Source: Dendrobates tinctorius
Taxonomy: Eukaryota
DNA length: 64,000 nt
Assembly: GCF_039654945.1 (NCBI RefSeq)
Contig: NW_027361754.1
Span: 8,928,001 to 8,992,000 of the forward strand
Reading direction: 5' to 3'
Shown: piece after piece, positions 50,999 through 64,000 of the stretch
How positions within the stretch are numbered: the stretch's first letter is position 1
How the letters are laid out: each line of letters starts with the position of its first letter
The notes under the pieces: model-generated
Seen by the model: the letters and a program-made list of their open reading frames with translations, nothing else
Databases searched by the model: none
Told to the model about the DNA's origin: nothing
Translations under genes and position numbers: made by a program

Positions 50999-51880
50999 AT
51001 GGGACTGGAAACGCCAAAAGAGCCAAAATCAATTCAAGATGCTATGTTTAGTAATCTTGAGGGGAAAAAACGAAGGGTTTTTTCCTTTCATGATAACCTG
51101 TTAAATTTAATCAAGAGGGAATGGATAAAAACCAACAAAAAAATGTCCATACCGCAGGCGCTCAAACGTAAATACCCGTTTGATGAGGAGGCATGCGATA
51201 AATGGGAAAAAGCACCCAGACTAGATTCTGCCATTGCTAGTACATCCAGAGGAATAGCATTGCAATTTGAGGACATGGGCGCCTTAAAAGATCCCCTTGA
51301 CAAGAAAGCAGACGCTTTTCTAAAATCTGCTTGGGAGGCATCGGCTTGGTCGTTTAAGCCGGGGGTGGCCGCCACTTGTACAGCACGTGCCATGGTCGAG
51401 TGGTTAGACGAATTAAGTGACCAAATTAGTAATAAATGCCCAAGGGAGATACTGCTGGAGGCAATACCTTCCTTGCAGAAGGCAGCAGGATTCCTGGCTG
51501 ACGCCGCAGTAGATTCCGTCCCAGGTGCCGCCCGTGCATGCGCCCTTTCAAATTCAGGCCGCAGAGCACTATGGTTAAAAAACTGGTCGGCAGACTTCCA
51601 GTCAAAGGTTAAACTCTGCGCCGTCCCTTGTGAGGGTCAATACCTGTTTGGGAAAGCATTGAACGAAATTTTGGAAAAAGCGTCAGATAAGAAAAAACTG
51701 TTTACACCCCCCTTCCCTAGGCGTCGGTGGACTGAAGCTCGCTCGTCCTTTCGTGGAGCAGGAAATAGAGGGACCCGAGGGCGGCCAGACGATAGAGCCA
51801 CGCGGGGCAGACCCTGGAGGGGAAAAGAGAAAGGATTCCTCTTTAGTAAAACCACCCCGAGACCCGATACTAAGCAATGA
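50999..51880 (+). CDS. DIRS gag-like ORF1 (main part)
   Basis: Colinear similarity to 11471-12583. Confidence 0.85.
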   Translation: MGLETPKEPKSIQDAMFSNLEGKKRRVFSFHDNLLNLIKREWIKTNKKMSIPQALKRKYPFDEEACDKWEKAPRLDSAIASTSRGIALQFEDMGALKDPLDKKADAFLKSAWEASAWSFKPGVAATCTARAMVEWLDELSDQISNKCPREILLEAIPSLQKAAGFLADAAVDSVPGAARACALSNSGRRALWLKNWSADFQSKVKLCAVPCEGQYLFGKALNEILEKASDKKKLFTPPFPRRRWTEARSSFRGAGNRGTRGRPDDRATRGRPWRGKEKGFLFSKTTPRPDTKQ

Positions 51881-53743
51881 CGCCAGGGTGGTTGGGGGAA
51901 GGCTTCGGTTCTTTGTCCATCAATGGGTAGCATTGCCCGCCTCAAAGTGGGTAACCGACCTATTAGCTGGGGGCCTACGACTACGTTTTCTAAGCCTTCC
52001 ACCTCAAAGAGTAAAAGTGACCCGGGTAGCCAAAAAGATTCAGGCCACGCTAGAAAAGGAGATTCAACTCCTCATACAAAAAGAGGTACTAATAAAAGTA
52101 CCGTATCATCAAGAAGGGAAAGGGTTTTACAGCACTCTGTTCCTCACGCCAAAACCAGATGGGTCACTAAGAACCATATTCAATCTCAAAGCCCTGAACC
52201 AATACATCAGGACAGAGAAATTCAAAATGGAGACCTTGGGATCAGCAGTAAAGTTACTCGACCCGGGTTGCCTATTACCATGTGCCAATATGGGGAGAAC
52301 ACCAACAATATCTAAGATTGGTAGTAGAGATTGCTCAAGTCCCCACTCATCTCCAGTACCAGTGCCTACCCTTCGGGGTATCAGTAGCCCCTCGTATATT
52401 TACAAAAATTCATCAGGGAAGTAGCGTTTTTTATAAGGAGGGAAAATATCCTATTGGTACCCTATCTAGACGATTTCCTCGTTATAGCAAACGACAAGCA
52501 AAATTGCGAAAGTGCAGTTACAAAGGTCCTGGAAATATTGACCAGGTTAGGCTGGATGATCAATCTAAAAAAATCCAGACTCCAGTTCAGTCACAAAAAT
52601 TCCTTGGAATTCTATTGGACTCATTAAAACAGCAATACATTCTTCCAGAAAGGAAAATAGGGGCTATCCAACAAAAAATACAACGGATACAATCCGGTCA
52701 AGCCATATCAGTAAGAGAGGCAATGTCACTCCTGGGCACGTTAACAAGCAACAATCCCAGCGGTCCGGTGGGCACAATCCCATACGAGAGAACTACAGTG
52801 GCAGATCCTATCCGAGCAGGAGAGGGGTCCCTCCAATTTCAACCGGGAGATCATTCTCTCACCTCATGAGCAGGAGTCATTAAAATGGTGGCTGAGCACC
52901 GAAAACTTAAACAGATCAGTGCCTTGGACTACTCAAAACTCGGTGGTACTGACCACTGACGCAAGTCCGAGTGGCTGGGGGGCACACATAGAGAAATGAA
53001 CCCTACAGGGCCAGTGGGAACCCAGAATAAGGGATGCATCCTCAAATCTAAAAGAACTGGCGGCTGTAAGGCGAGCCCTTCCCCTAGTAAAGCGAGAATT
53101 GCAAGGGAGACATGTCACCATATTATCCGACAACAACACGGTCATAGCATACATAAACAGACAAGGGGGCATAAGGTCGGCAACCCTTATGACAGAAGCC
53201 AGGGAATTATTTGCATGGGCAGAAAACAATCTTCTATCCTTATCGGGTACACATTTAAAAGGGGCAGACAATTATCTGACCGATTATTTAAACCGGCATG
53301 TACTACACCAGGGAGAATGGTCCCTAAATCAAAAAATATTTGGGGAAATCTGCTCTGCCTGGGACACACCAGAGGTAGACCTATTTGCTACCAGGGAAAA
53401 TCGAAAAGTGGACAGGTTCTACTCAATAAACCCAAGAGAATGGCCAGAGGGGGTGGATTCGCTACTACACCAGTGGAGATTTCGTCTGGCCTATGCGTCT
53501 CCCCCCCCGTTTCCATTGATTCCAGTAGTCTTGAAAAAGATCCGACATGACAAAGCTCGAATAATCCTGGTTGTGCCCTTCTGGCCGAAGAGGGCATGGT
53601 TCACGTGGCTCAGACGCATGTCTATCTCGGACCCATGGATCTTCCCAGATACCCCAAGTCTGCTATGCCAGGGCCCAGTAGAACATCCCCGGGTTTATGG
53701 GCTGCACCTCACTGCGTGGAACTTGAGAGGGGACTCCTTCTAG
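51880..53743 (+). pseudogene. DIRS RT-RNase H-methyltransferase-like region with multiple frameshifts
   Basis: GFYSTLF, LPFGVSVAPRIFTK, YLDD, TDAS.SGWGA, SDN, VDLFAT, VPFWPKR spread over several frames. Confidence 0.88.
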
Positions 53744-53974
53744 CAAAAGTGTTCTCAGTCCCGTTAGTAACCACCCTGCTCGCTAGCAGAAAGGAGGTAA
53801 CTTCACGTAAATACCAAAAAATTTGGGAAAAATTCTTACAGTTCACGGGCCGACAATGGACTGGGACAGCCCAAAAAATACCAATAAAATAGGTCCTAGA
53901 GTTCCTCCAGAAAGGACTGGAAAAAGGACTGTCCACAAGCACCTTAAAGGTGCAGGTATCGGCCCTGGGGGGCG

Positions 53975-54760
53975 TTGTTTGATCAAAAACTGGCTGATCA
54001 CCCATGGATCTATAGATTCATTCGGGCCTCCTTTACATCCAGGCCCACAAAATTACCATATAAGGTAGCTCCCTGGGATCTAAATTTAGTATTAAGGGCA
54101 CTGACAGCGTCTCAATTTGAACCTATTGCTTCCATCTCAATAAAGGCGCTAACGCTAAAAACAGTACTCCTGGTGGCCCTAACCTCAGCTCGGCGTATCT
54201 GCGAGCTGCAGGCAATATCTGTAAATCCACAATATACCACCTTTTTGGATGATAGAGTGATCATAAAAACGGATCTGGCCTTCCTACCGAAGGTAAATTC
54301 CAAATTCCACAGGGAGCAGGAGATAATTTTGCCCTCGTTTTGTCAAAACCCCAAATCCCAGGGAGAAAAAACCTTTCATTGTCTAGATGTCAGACGTTGC
54401 CTGCTTCAATATATAGAAGCCTCAAAATCATGGCGACAGTCTTCAGCCCTTTTTGTCTCCTTTCAGGGGCCAAACAGGGGTAAGAAAGCTTCAAAGTCAA
54501 CGATTGCACGATGGTTACGTATGGGTATTGCACTGGCTTATTCTTCTTTAGATCAGACTCCCCCACTGGGTGTAACAGCTCACTCTACGAGAGCGATAGC
54601 CACATCCTGGGCTGAAAGGGCAAATGCTTCGGTTGAGCAGATTTGTAAGGCAGCAGTATGGTCCTCACCATCCACTTTCTTCCGGCACTATAGACTAGAC
54701 CTAGGACCCTCAAATCTGGCCTTTGGGAGAAAAGTGTTGTCTGCTGTTGTCCCACCCTAG
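53975..54760 (+). CDS. DIRS tyrosine recombinase catalytic domain (N-terminal part disrupted)
   Basis: TSARRICE, AHSTR, AVWSS.STFFRHY. Confidence 0.88.
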   Translation: MFDQKLADHPWIYRFIRASFTSRPTKLPYKVAPWDLNLVLRALTASQFEPIASISIKALTLKTVLLVALTSARRICELQAISVNPQYTTFLDDRVIIKTDLAFLPKVNSKFHREQEIILPSFCQNPKSQGEKTFHCLDVRRCLLQYIEASKSWRQSSALFVSFQGPNRGKKASKSTIARWLRMGIALAYSSLDQTPPLGVTAHSTRAIATSWAERANASVEQICKAAVWSSPSTFFRHYRLDLGPSNLAFGRKVLSAVVPP

Positions 54761-54915
54761 GAGTCTAATCTATCTTTCCTCTCATATCTGCGGTGCTGTC
54801 ATGGGGAAGGGAAAAAATAATTACCGGTTATTTGATTTTCCAGAGCCATGACGGCACCGCATTGTTCCCACCCTATCTTGGTGATGGTTGTGTGGTGCAC
54901 TAGAAAATTTAAGGT

Positions 54916-54950
<35 letters not shown>

Positions 54951-55429
54951 GGAAAAGAAGGTGAATATTAGTGACACTGTTATATAACATGTATATAAAC
55001 TAATAAGGCGGTTACAGTTACCTTTGCATACTCTGAAACAAACTGAGGAGAGAGGTGCTGCCGCCTTCTTATGTCTCTGCTACAGGTTTTCTGGGGCGGA
55101 TACCATCTCTCATGTCTGCGGTGCTGTCATGGCTCTGGAAAATCAAATTACCGGTAAGTAATTATCATTTTTCTAGCATCTGAAGTCACATTTCTGCAAT
55201 TGTTTGCATATTGACTCCCCATTCCTCCCATTAATTGGCCACAGAGCATAGTCTTTTGCTTCAAACTTATCTCCAGGAGCTGCATTCACAGTTCTACAGG
55301 CTACAGAGCTGAAATTTCCCACTGTTCATTGTTAGGTGTGTGATTTGCACTCAGGGCCTGTTGTCTTTACATTAGGATGTTGTAGGAAAAGCTAGTCAGT
55401 TTATGGGTCAGAAACTCAGAATAGCTGCC

Positions 55430-55740
55430 AATGGCCCCAGCTATCAGGCCTATGAAAGGACTGGTCATTCCCTGGTTATTGGTCAGAAATAGTACTGGGG
55501 GCCACGGCTATGTGGTCCATGGAGGGGACTGGTCATCGGCAGGTTACAAGTTAGAATAACTACCAGGGGCCGCATCTATTGGGTTTATGATAGTGACTAG
55601 TCATCGGCCGGTTACAGTGCAAAAATACTGTTGGGGGCCCCAGCTTTTGGTTGTATGGAGGGACTGGTCATCAGATTACACGTAAGAATGGATACCAGGG
55701 CCACATCTATCGGGACTGTGGAGGGACTGGTCCGTTGGCT
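55430..55740. repeat. Degenerate ~67-bp tandem repeat
   Basis: Recurrent GGGGCC...GGAGGGACTGGTC, about 5 copies. Confidence 0.6.
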
Positions 55741-56281
55741 TATTATAAAACACAATAGATTACTGAAGCTGGCTTTACAAGTGTAGTTGTCCTGATATGC
55801 TTGAGAGCCTGTGTGCCGTCACTGGTATTTGATCTTTTAGGGGAAAAGTGTTTTATAGGAACTATGCTGTCATTACTTAGACCATTCTTTCCTACATGTG
55901 GCCTGGGGAGTCCGGTGAGCTGATATGCTGAATTAAATTTGATTTTTATTAGTATTTGTAGTATGGGAAGTACAATGGTAAAGTTTACTTCTACGGTCAG
56001 AAAACTTCAGACATGTTAAAACACTTAAGTTTTGTTTCTGGGGTCGGGTGTTTCGACAGATTGGCAGAAGTGTCTAACTGAGCGCTGTTTTCACATCTGC
56101 TCCGGTAGAGGAGTGTAAGCAGTGTGTGGCCTCATAAAAAGTAAAGATGTCCCTATACTGTCAAACTGATGTCTCTGAGGAGCAGCCAAGGAGGCCCTGT
56201 ACCCCCCTGATAACGCACCACTCACATAGAGGCACTTCTGCCCTTTTTGTTTTCATTAGGTTTTCAGCACCCAGAATCTCA

Positions 56282-57054
56282 GGGTGTGTGTGCACATGCT
56301 GCGGATTCTGCTGCGGTTCCGTAGCGGATTTGGCCGGTGCAGATCCGCAGCAGTTTTTGCTGCGGTGTACAGTACCATAATATCCCATGGATATTAAAAA
56401 CCGCAGTGCAGACGGTGCGGATTTTTCCACTCGGTTTTGCTGCGGTTTCTAAACCGCAGAAAGAATTGACATGTCAATTCTTTCTGCGGATTCCACTGCG
56501 GTTTGCCATCTCCTCCATTGTGGAGATGAAAAACCGAAGGACAAAACCGCAGGCTAATTCGCAGGTAAAACCGCAGGTCTTTTGACCAGATTTACCTGCG
56601 GATTTTACAAAATCCGCGTGGCCAAATCTGCACCCCAATCCACAGCGTGTGCACATACCCTTAAGGGGGTTTTACACATAGCGATATCGCTAGCAATATC
56701 GCTAAAACGTCACTGGTTTTGTAACGTTATAGCGATATCGCTATGTGTGATACTTACCTCCGACCGGCTCCCCCGCTGTCCATCGCTGATCGCGCAAGAT
56801 TGGGCGGCTCCATTTCTCGTCGTCTGCTTCCTGTTGGGCTTCCTGCTGTGTGAGACGAGCGATGCTAGACGCGGGTGGGAAGACGCCAGGATCGCTGTGT
56901 GTGAAAGGTGAGTATCGTCCGCTGCGTCGCTGCTGCATCGCTGTGAGATCTTTGTGTGAAAGCTCACTAGCGACCATTTAGCGATGCACCAACGATCCTG
57001 ACCGGGTCGTATCGCTGGTCGGATCGCTGGTGCATCGCTAAATGTAAAAGGGCC
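56282..57054. mobile_element. Two abutting MITEs (56282-56660 and about 56664-57054)
   Basis: Same two families as 39900-40552, joined at TTAA. Confidence 0.85.
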
Positions 57055-57166
57055 TTTAGACTACAACTTCTGAAATGTCGAAAGATTTCTGAATCTAGAA
57101 GAACACTTTAAACTTTTGTATAAACTTAGGCATAAGTGTGAGTGGGGCAATAGTTAATGGTGTTAA

Positions 57167-57505
57167 AGGGGTATTCCCATCTCGATGATCCTATCCCAAT
57201 ATTTAGTAGGTGTAATAATATTAGCAAATGCCTCCAATTAAAAATGTAGTATAGTTTTTCTGATTTGCTATGTCTCTTTACTCATGTGCAGGACCTTGGG
57301 TATCCATTGTTACGACCACTGATATAGTGACAACTAGTTGCTAGTGGCTGTAACCATGGATACCCAAGGTCCTGCAATGCCTACACATGAGGAAAGAGAC
57401 ATAGCGAATCAGAAAAACTATACATTTCTAATTAGAAATATTTGCCAGTATTAATTATTACACCTACTACATATTGGGTAGGATCTTGTAGATGGGAATA
57501 CCCCT
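57167..57505. mobile_element. TTAA-target full-length hairpin MITE (T2/Kolobok-like)
   Basis: TTAA-AGGGGTATTCCCATCT ... AGATGGGAATACCCCTTAA, arms pair to the centre. Confidence 0.88.
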
Positions 57506-58155
57506 TAAGTGTTTGTTTTTTTAACGGTAATGGCATGTTGCTAGAACATGTGATTATCTGTTCGATGGTTACACCCCACAATCCTAAGTATGAAGTTATA
57601 GGGAGACTTCACAAGGCAGATCATTATGTTCGTGTGCATCCAGTCTGCATCACATGAGGATTGACAGCCGTAAGACGCTACTCACGGCATTGATTTGTTG
57701 AAGAGGAAATAAATAACAGGGATTTTGGCTGCTGTTCTCCCAGTGACACCAGTGCAGTGTGTTTTTCCATACTGGTGCATGTCAGACATGAGGACTATTG
57801 TATTGGCTGCTGGAGCTCTGGATATAAACTGTGAGTCATGCCGGTGCAGTGACTGATGCCGGTAATTACAGCGCCGCTCCAGGTAAAGCACTGCTGTCCC
57901 TGTTATGTGACCTACTTTGCTTTCTCGCTTGTCACTTACACGTGATTATGGAAGTGTTTATTGTGAGTTCCAGTGTAGGTACACTTTAGAAACAACTGCC
58001 CATAAACCACGACTTATTCTTAGGTTTACCAACTTTGTCAGTTACTTTGTTTAGTTTCGGGAGGGGGGGTCGCAAGAGAAATTCAGCCTCCTAAAGGCTA
58101 TTTTCACACCACGTATTAAAAGGGTTACAATTGAAATTTTGCCCAGTGGTTGGTA

Positions 58156-58220
<65 letters not shown>

Positions 58221-58284
58221 TTCCTGTTTCTGCACAGACCACAAAGCGATCTGAGATGGATCAAGGCAGGTAACTGTCGGAGGC

Positions 58285-58336
<52 letters not shown>

Positions 58337-58769
58337 CACTAGCTGAAGAGCCCGGCGCTGCCCGGGCACAGTAACTAACTGTGGTTAGTTATAGCAAATT
58401 ATAATTATCCTCCATCCCATATACCCATCATACATATCCACCATCCCATAGTCGAGTGCCCATATACCCATCACACATCCTCCATCCCATAGTCCCATGC
58501 CCATATACCCATCACACATCCTCCATCCCATAGTCCCATGCCCATATACCCATCATACATATTCGCCATCCCATAGTCGAGTGCCCATATACCCATCACA
58601 CATCCTTCATCTCATAGTCCCATGCCCATATACCCATCACACATCCTCCATCCCATAGTCCCGTACCCATATACCCATCAGACATATCCGCCATCCCATA
58701 GTCCCGTGCCCATATACCCATCATACATATCCTCCATCCCATAGTCCAGTGCCCATATACCCATCATAC

Positions 58770-59319
58770 TTCTGGCTCCCAATTTCCCAGAGACTCCATT
58801 ACAAAACCCTAACCATGACATACAAAGCCATCCACAACTTGTCTCCTCCATACATCTGTGACCTCGTCTCCCGGTACTTTCCTGCACGCAACCTCCGATC
58901 CTCACAAGATCTCCTTCTCTACTCCCCTCTTATCTCCTCTTCCCACAATCGCATACAAGATTTCTCTCGCGCATCACCCCTACTCTGGAACTCTCTACCA
59001 CAACATATCAGACTCTCACCTACCATCGAAACCTTCAAAAAGAGCCTGAAGACCCACCTCTTCCGACAAGCCTATAACCTGCAGTAACCACCGATCGACC
59101 AAACCGCTGCACGACCAGCTCTACCCTCGCCTACTGTATTATCACCCATCCCTTGAAGATTGTGAGCCCTCGCGGGCAGGGTCCTCTCTCCTCCTGTACC
59201 AGTTATGACTTGTATTGTTTAAGATTATTGTACTTGTTTTTATGTATACCCCTCCTCACATGTAAAGCGCCATGGAATAAATGGCGCTATAACAATAAAT
59301 AATAATAATAATAATAATA
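58770..59319 (+). mobile_element. L2 LINE 3' fragment
   Basis: Closely similar to 42900-43420, with an (AAT)n tail. Confidence 0.9.
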
Positions 59320-59362
59320 CATATCCACGATCCCATAGGCCCGTGCCCATATACCCATCATA

Positions 59363-60912
<1,550 letters not shown>

Positions 60913-62044
60913 TACATATCCTCAATCCCATAGTCCCATGCCAATATATCCATCATACATCCTCCATCCCATAGTCCCGTGCCCATATACCCGTCATACC
61001 TATCCTTCATCCCATAGTCCCATGCCAATATACCCATCACACATCCTCCATCCCATAGTCCCGTGCCCATATACCCATCATACATATCCGCCATCCCATA
61101 GTTCCGTGCCCATATACCCGTCATACATATCCTCCATCCTATAGTCCAGTGCCCATATACCCATCACACATCCTCCATCCCATAGTCCCGTGCCCATATA
61201 CCCATCATACATATCCACGATCCCATAGGCCCGTGCCCATATACCCATCATACATGTTCGCCATCCCATAGTTAAGTGCCCATATACCCATCACACATCC
61301 TTCATCTCATAGTCCCATGCCCATATACCCATCATACATATCCTCCATCCCATAGTCGAGTGCCCATATACCCATCACACATCCTCCATCCCATAGTCCC
61401 ATGCCCATATATCCATCATACATATTCTCCATCCCATAGTCCCATGCCCATATACCCATCATACATATTCGCCATCCCATAGTCGAGTGCCCATATACCA
61501 ATCACACATCCTTCATCTCATAGTCCCATGCCCATATACCCATCTTACATATTCTCCATCCAATAGTCCCGTGCCCATATACCCATCATACATATCCGCC
61601 ATCTCATAGTTCCGTGCCCATATACCCGTCGTACATATCCTCCATCCCATAGTCCAGTGCCCATATACCCATCACACATCCTCCAATCCATAGTCAACCA
61701 TTATGACATCATAATGAGCGGCGGCGGGGCTTGCAACCTTTGATGACATCAGCGTCGCCATGGCAACCATTGTGACATCATGAGGGGCGGGGCTTGACAC
61801 GCACACACTGCTTCCCCAGTATGCAAATAGGGGCATTGTGACGACATGAGGGGCGGGGCTTGACGCGCACACACTTTTCCCCCCAGTATGTAGATAGGGG
61901 CAAAATTGTTTGGTGAATTGGAACGTGCAGGGTTAAAATTTCGCCTCACAACATAGCTTAGGACGCTCTCGGGGTCCAGAAGTGTGACTGTGCCTAATTT
62001 TGTGGCTGTAGCTGCGACGGTGCGGATGCCTTTCCCAGACATAC

Positions 62045-62094
<50 letters not shown>

Positions 62095-62120
62095 TGAGCT
62101 TTATATATTATATATATATA

Positions 62121-63513
62121 TCTAATATATAAAGCTCAAAGTGTGTATGTATGTGTGTGTGTGTATGTCCGGGATAGGCATCCGCACCGTCGCAGCTACA
62201 GCCACAAAATTTGGCACAGTCACACGTCTGGACCCCGAGAGCGTCCTAAGCTATGTTGTGAGGCGAAATTTTAACCCCGCACGTTCCAATTCACCAAACA
62301 ATTTTGCCCCTATCTACATACTGGGGGGAAAAGTGTGTGCGCGTCAAGCCCCGCCCCTCATTATGATGTCACAATGCCCCTATTTGCATACTGGGGAAGC
62401 AGTGTGTGCGTGTCAAGCCCCGCCCCTCATTATGATGTCACAATGGTTGCCGTGGCGACGCTGATGTCATAAAAGGTTGCAAGCCCCGCCGCCGCTCATT
62501 ATGATGTCATAATGGTTGACTATGGATTGGAGGATGTGTGTGAGTATATGGGCACCGGACTATGGGATGGAGGATATGTATGATGGGTATATGGGAACGG
62601 GACTATGGGATGGAGGATGTGTGATGGGTATATTTTTGCAGTGGACTATGGGATGGAGGATATGTATGACAGGTATAAGGGCACGGGACTATGGGATGGC
62701 GGATATGTATATGGGCACGGGACTATGGGATGGAGGATGTGTGATGGGTATATGGTCACTGGACTATAGGATGGAGGATATGTATGACGGGTATATGGGC
62801 ACGGGACTATGGGATGGCGGATATGTATATGGGCATTGGACTATGGGATGGAGGATATGTTTGATGGGTATATGGGCACGGGACTATGGGATGGCGGATA
62901 TGTATATGGTCATGGGACTATGGGATGGAGGAAGTGTGATGGGTATATGGTCACTGGACTATAGGATGGAGGATATGTATGACGGGTATTTGGGCACGGG
63001 ACTATGGGATGGCGGATATGTATGATGGGTATATGGGCACAGGACTATGGGATGGAGTATATGTATGATGGGTATATAGGCACGGGACTATGGGATGGAG
63101 GATATGTATGATGGGTATATGGGCATGGGACTATGAGATGAAGAATATGTATGATGGGTATATGGGCATGGGACTATGGGATGGAGGATATGTATGATGG
63201 GTATATGGGCATGGGACTATGGGATGAAGAATATGTATGATGGGTATATGGGCATGGGACTATGGGATGGTGGATATGTATGATGGGTATATGGGCATGG
63301 GACTATGGGATGGAGGATATGTATGATGGGTATATGGGCATGGGACTATGGGATGAAGAATATGTATGATGGGTATATGGGCATGGGACTATGGGATGGT
63401 GGATATGTATGATGGGTATATGGGCATGGGACTATGGGATGGAGGATAATTATAATTTGTTATAACTAACCACAGTTAGTTACTATGCCCGGGCAGCGCC
63501 GGGCTCTTCAGCT

Positions 63514-63515
<2 letters not shown>
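62121..63515 (+). mobile_element. Non-autonomous Helitron-like element with an internal 41/43-bp satellite, right copy
   Basis: A|TCTAATATATAAAGCT 5' end, 3' hairpin then CTAA, no TIR or TSD, sits in (TA)n. Confidence 0.75.
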
Positions 63516-63585
<70 letters not shown>

Positions 63586-64000
63586 GCCTCCGACAGTTAC
63601 CTGCCTTGATCCATCTCAGATCGCTTTGTGGTCTGTGCAGAAACAGGAAGCTGTGATGTCACTTTTCCATCAGTCGCCGGAACGCTGCAGCTAGTGATTA
63701 GCTGCATCATTGTTACATATGCATTGTTGCGTTGCAAGGATTTCCTCAAAAAGAATTGACCTGATGCCAATTTGAAAGTCCACATGGCCTAGTAAAAATC
63801 TGCAGCAAACGCCCTACATGTATGAACAGTCCGCTAACGAACAATAGACCCATATTTATCCCTGATGAAATAGAGGAGCAGAAAAGAGGTGCACAAATCC
63901 CGTGTATAAAGGTGACCTGAAGAAACCTTTGTCGCTTGCTTTTTCGCTGTGACTTGCATTCCCTCTCCCAGAATGCAGCGTTCACTGTGACACATGGCGT

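Larger units (their letters stand above)
49938..55165 (+). mobile_element. DIRS1-type retrotransposon, end-to-end copy 2 (different subfamily)
   Basis: Left ITR about 49938-50043 is inverted at about 55039-55132. ICR at about 54779-54860. Contains gag, fragmented RT/RH/MT and YR. Confidence 0.95.

Overview
Vertebrate genomic DNA, most likely an anuran amphibian judging by the repeat landscape (inference), from the conserved NMNAT1-RBP7-UBE4B block. On the + strand I can assemble complete NMNAT1 (4 coding exons, 279 aa), complete RBP7 (4 exons, 139 aa) and the first coding exon of UBE4B. A probable bidirectional promoter lies at about 420-590. The main find is an intact 6-exon minus-strand gene (8636->3787, 181-183 aa, about 4 transmembrane segments) that the ORF track does not show. 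It lies inside the inferred first intron of NMNAT1, and a 31-bp minisatellite built from its own branch point and pyrimidine tract abuts one acceptor. The rest is dense mobile DNA: two end-to-end DIRS1-type tyrosine-recombinase retrotransposons with disrupted ORFs, several Tc1 elements (one near-intact), L2-like LINE fragments, solo LTRs, many MITEs, minisatellites, and a roughly 5.4-kb palindrome made of two head-to-head Helitron-like copies. All coordinates were counted by hand and no database search was run.
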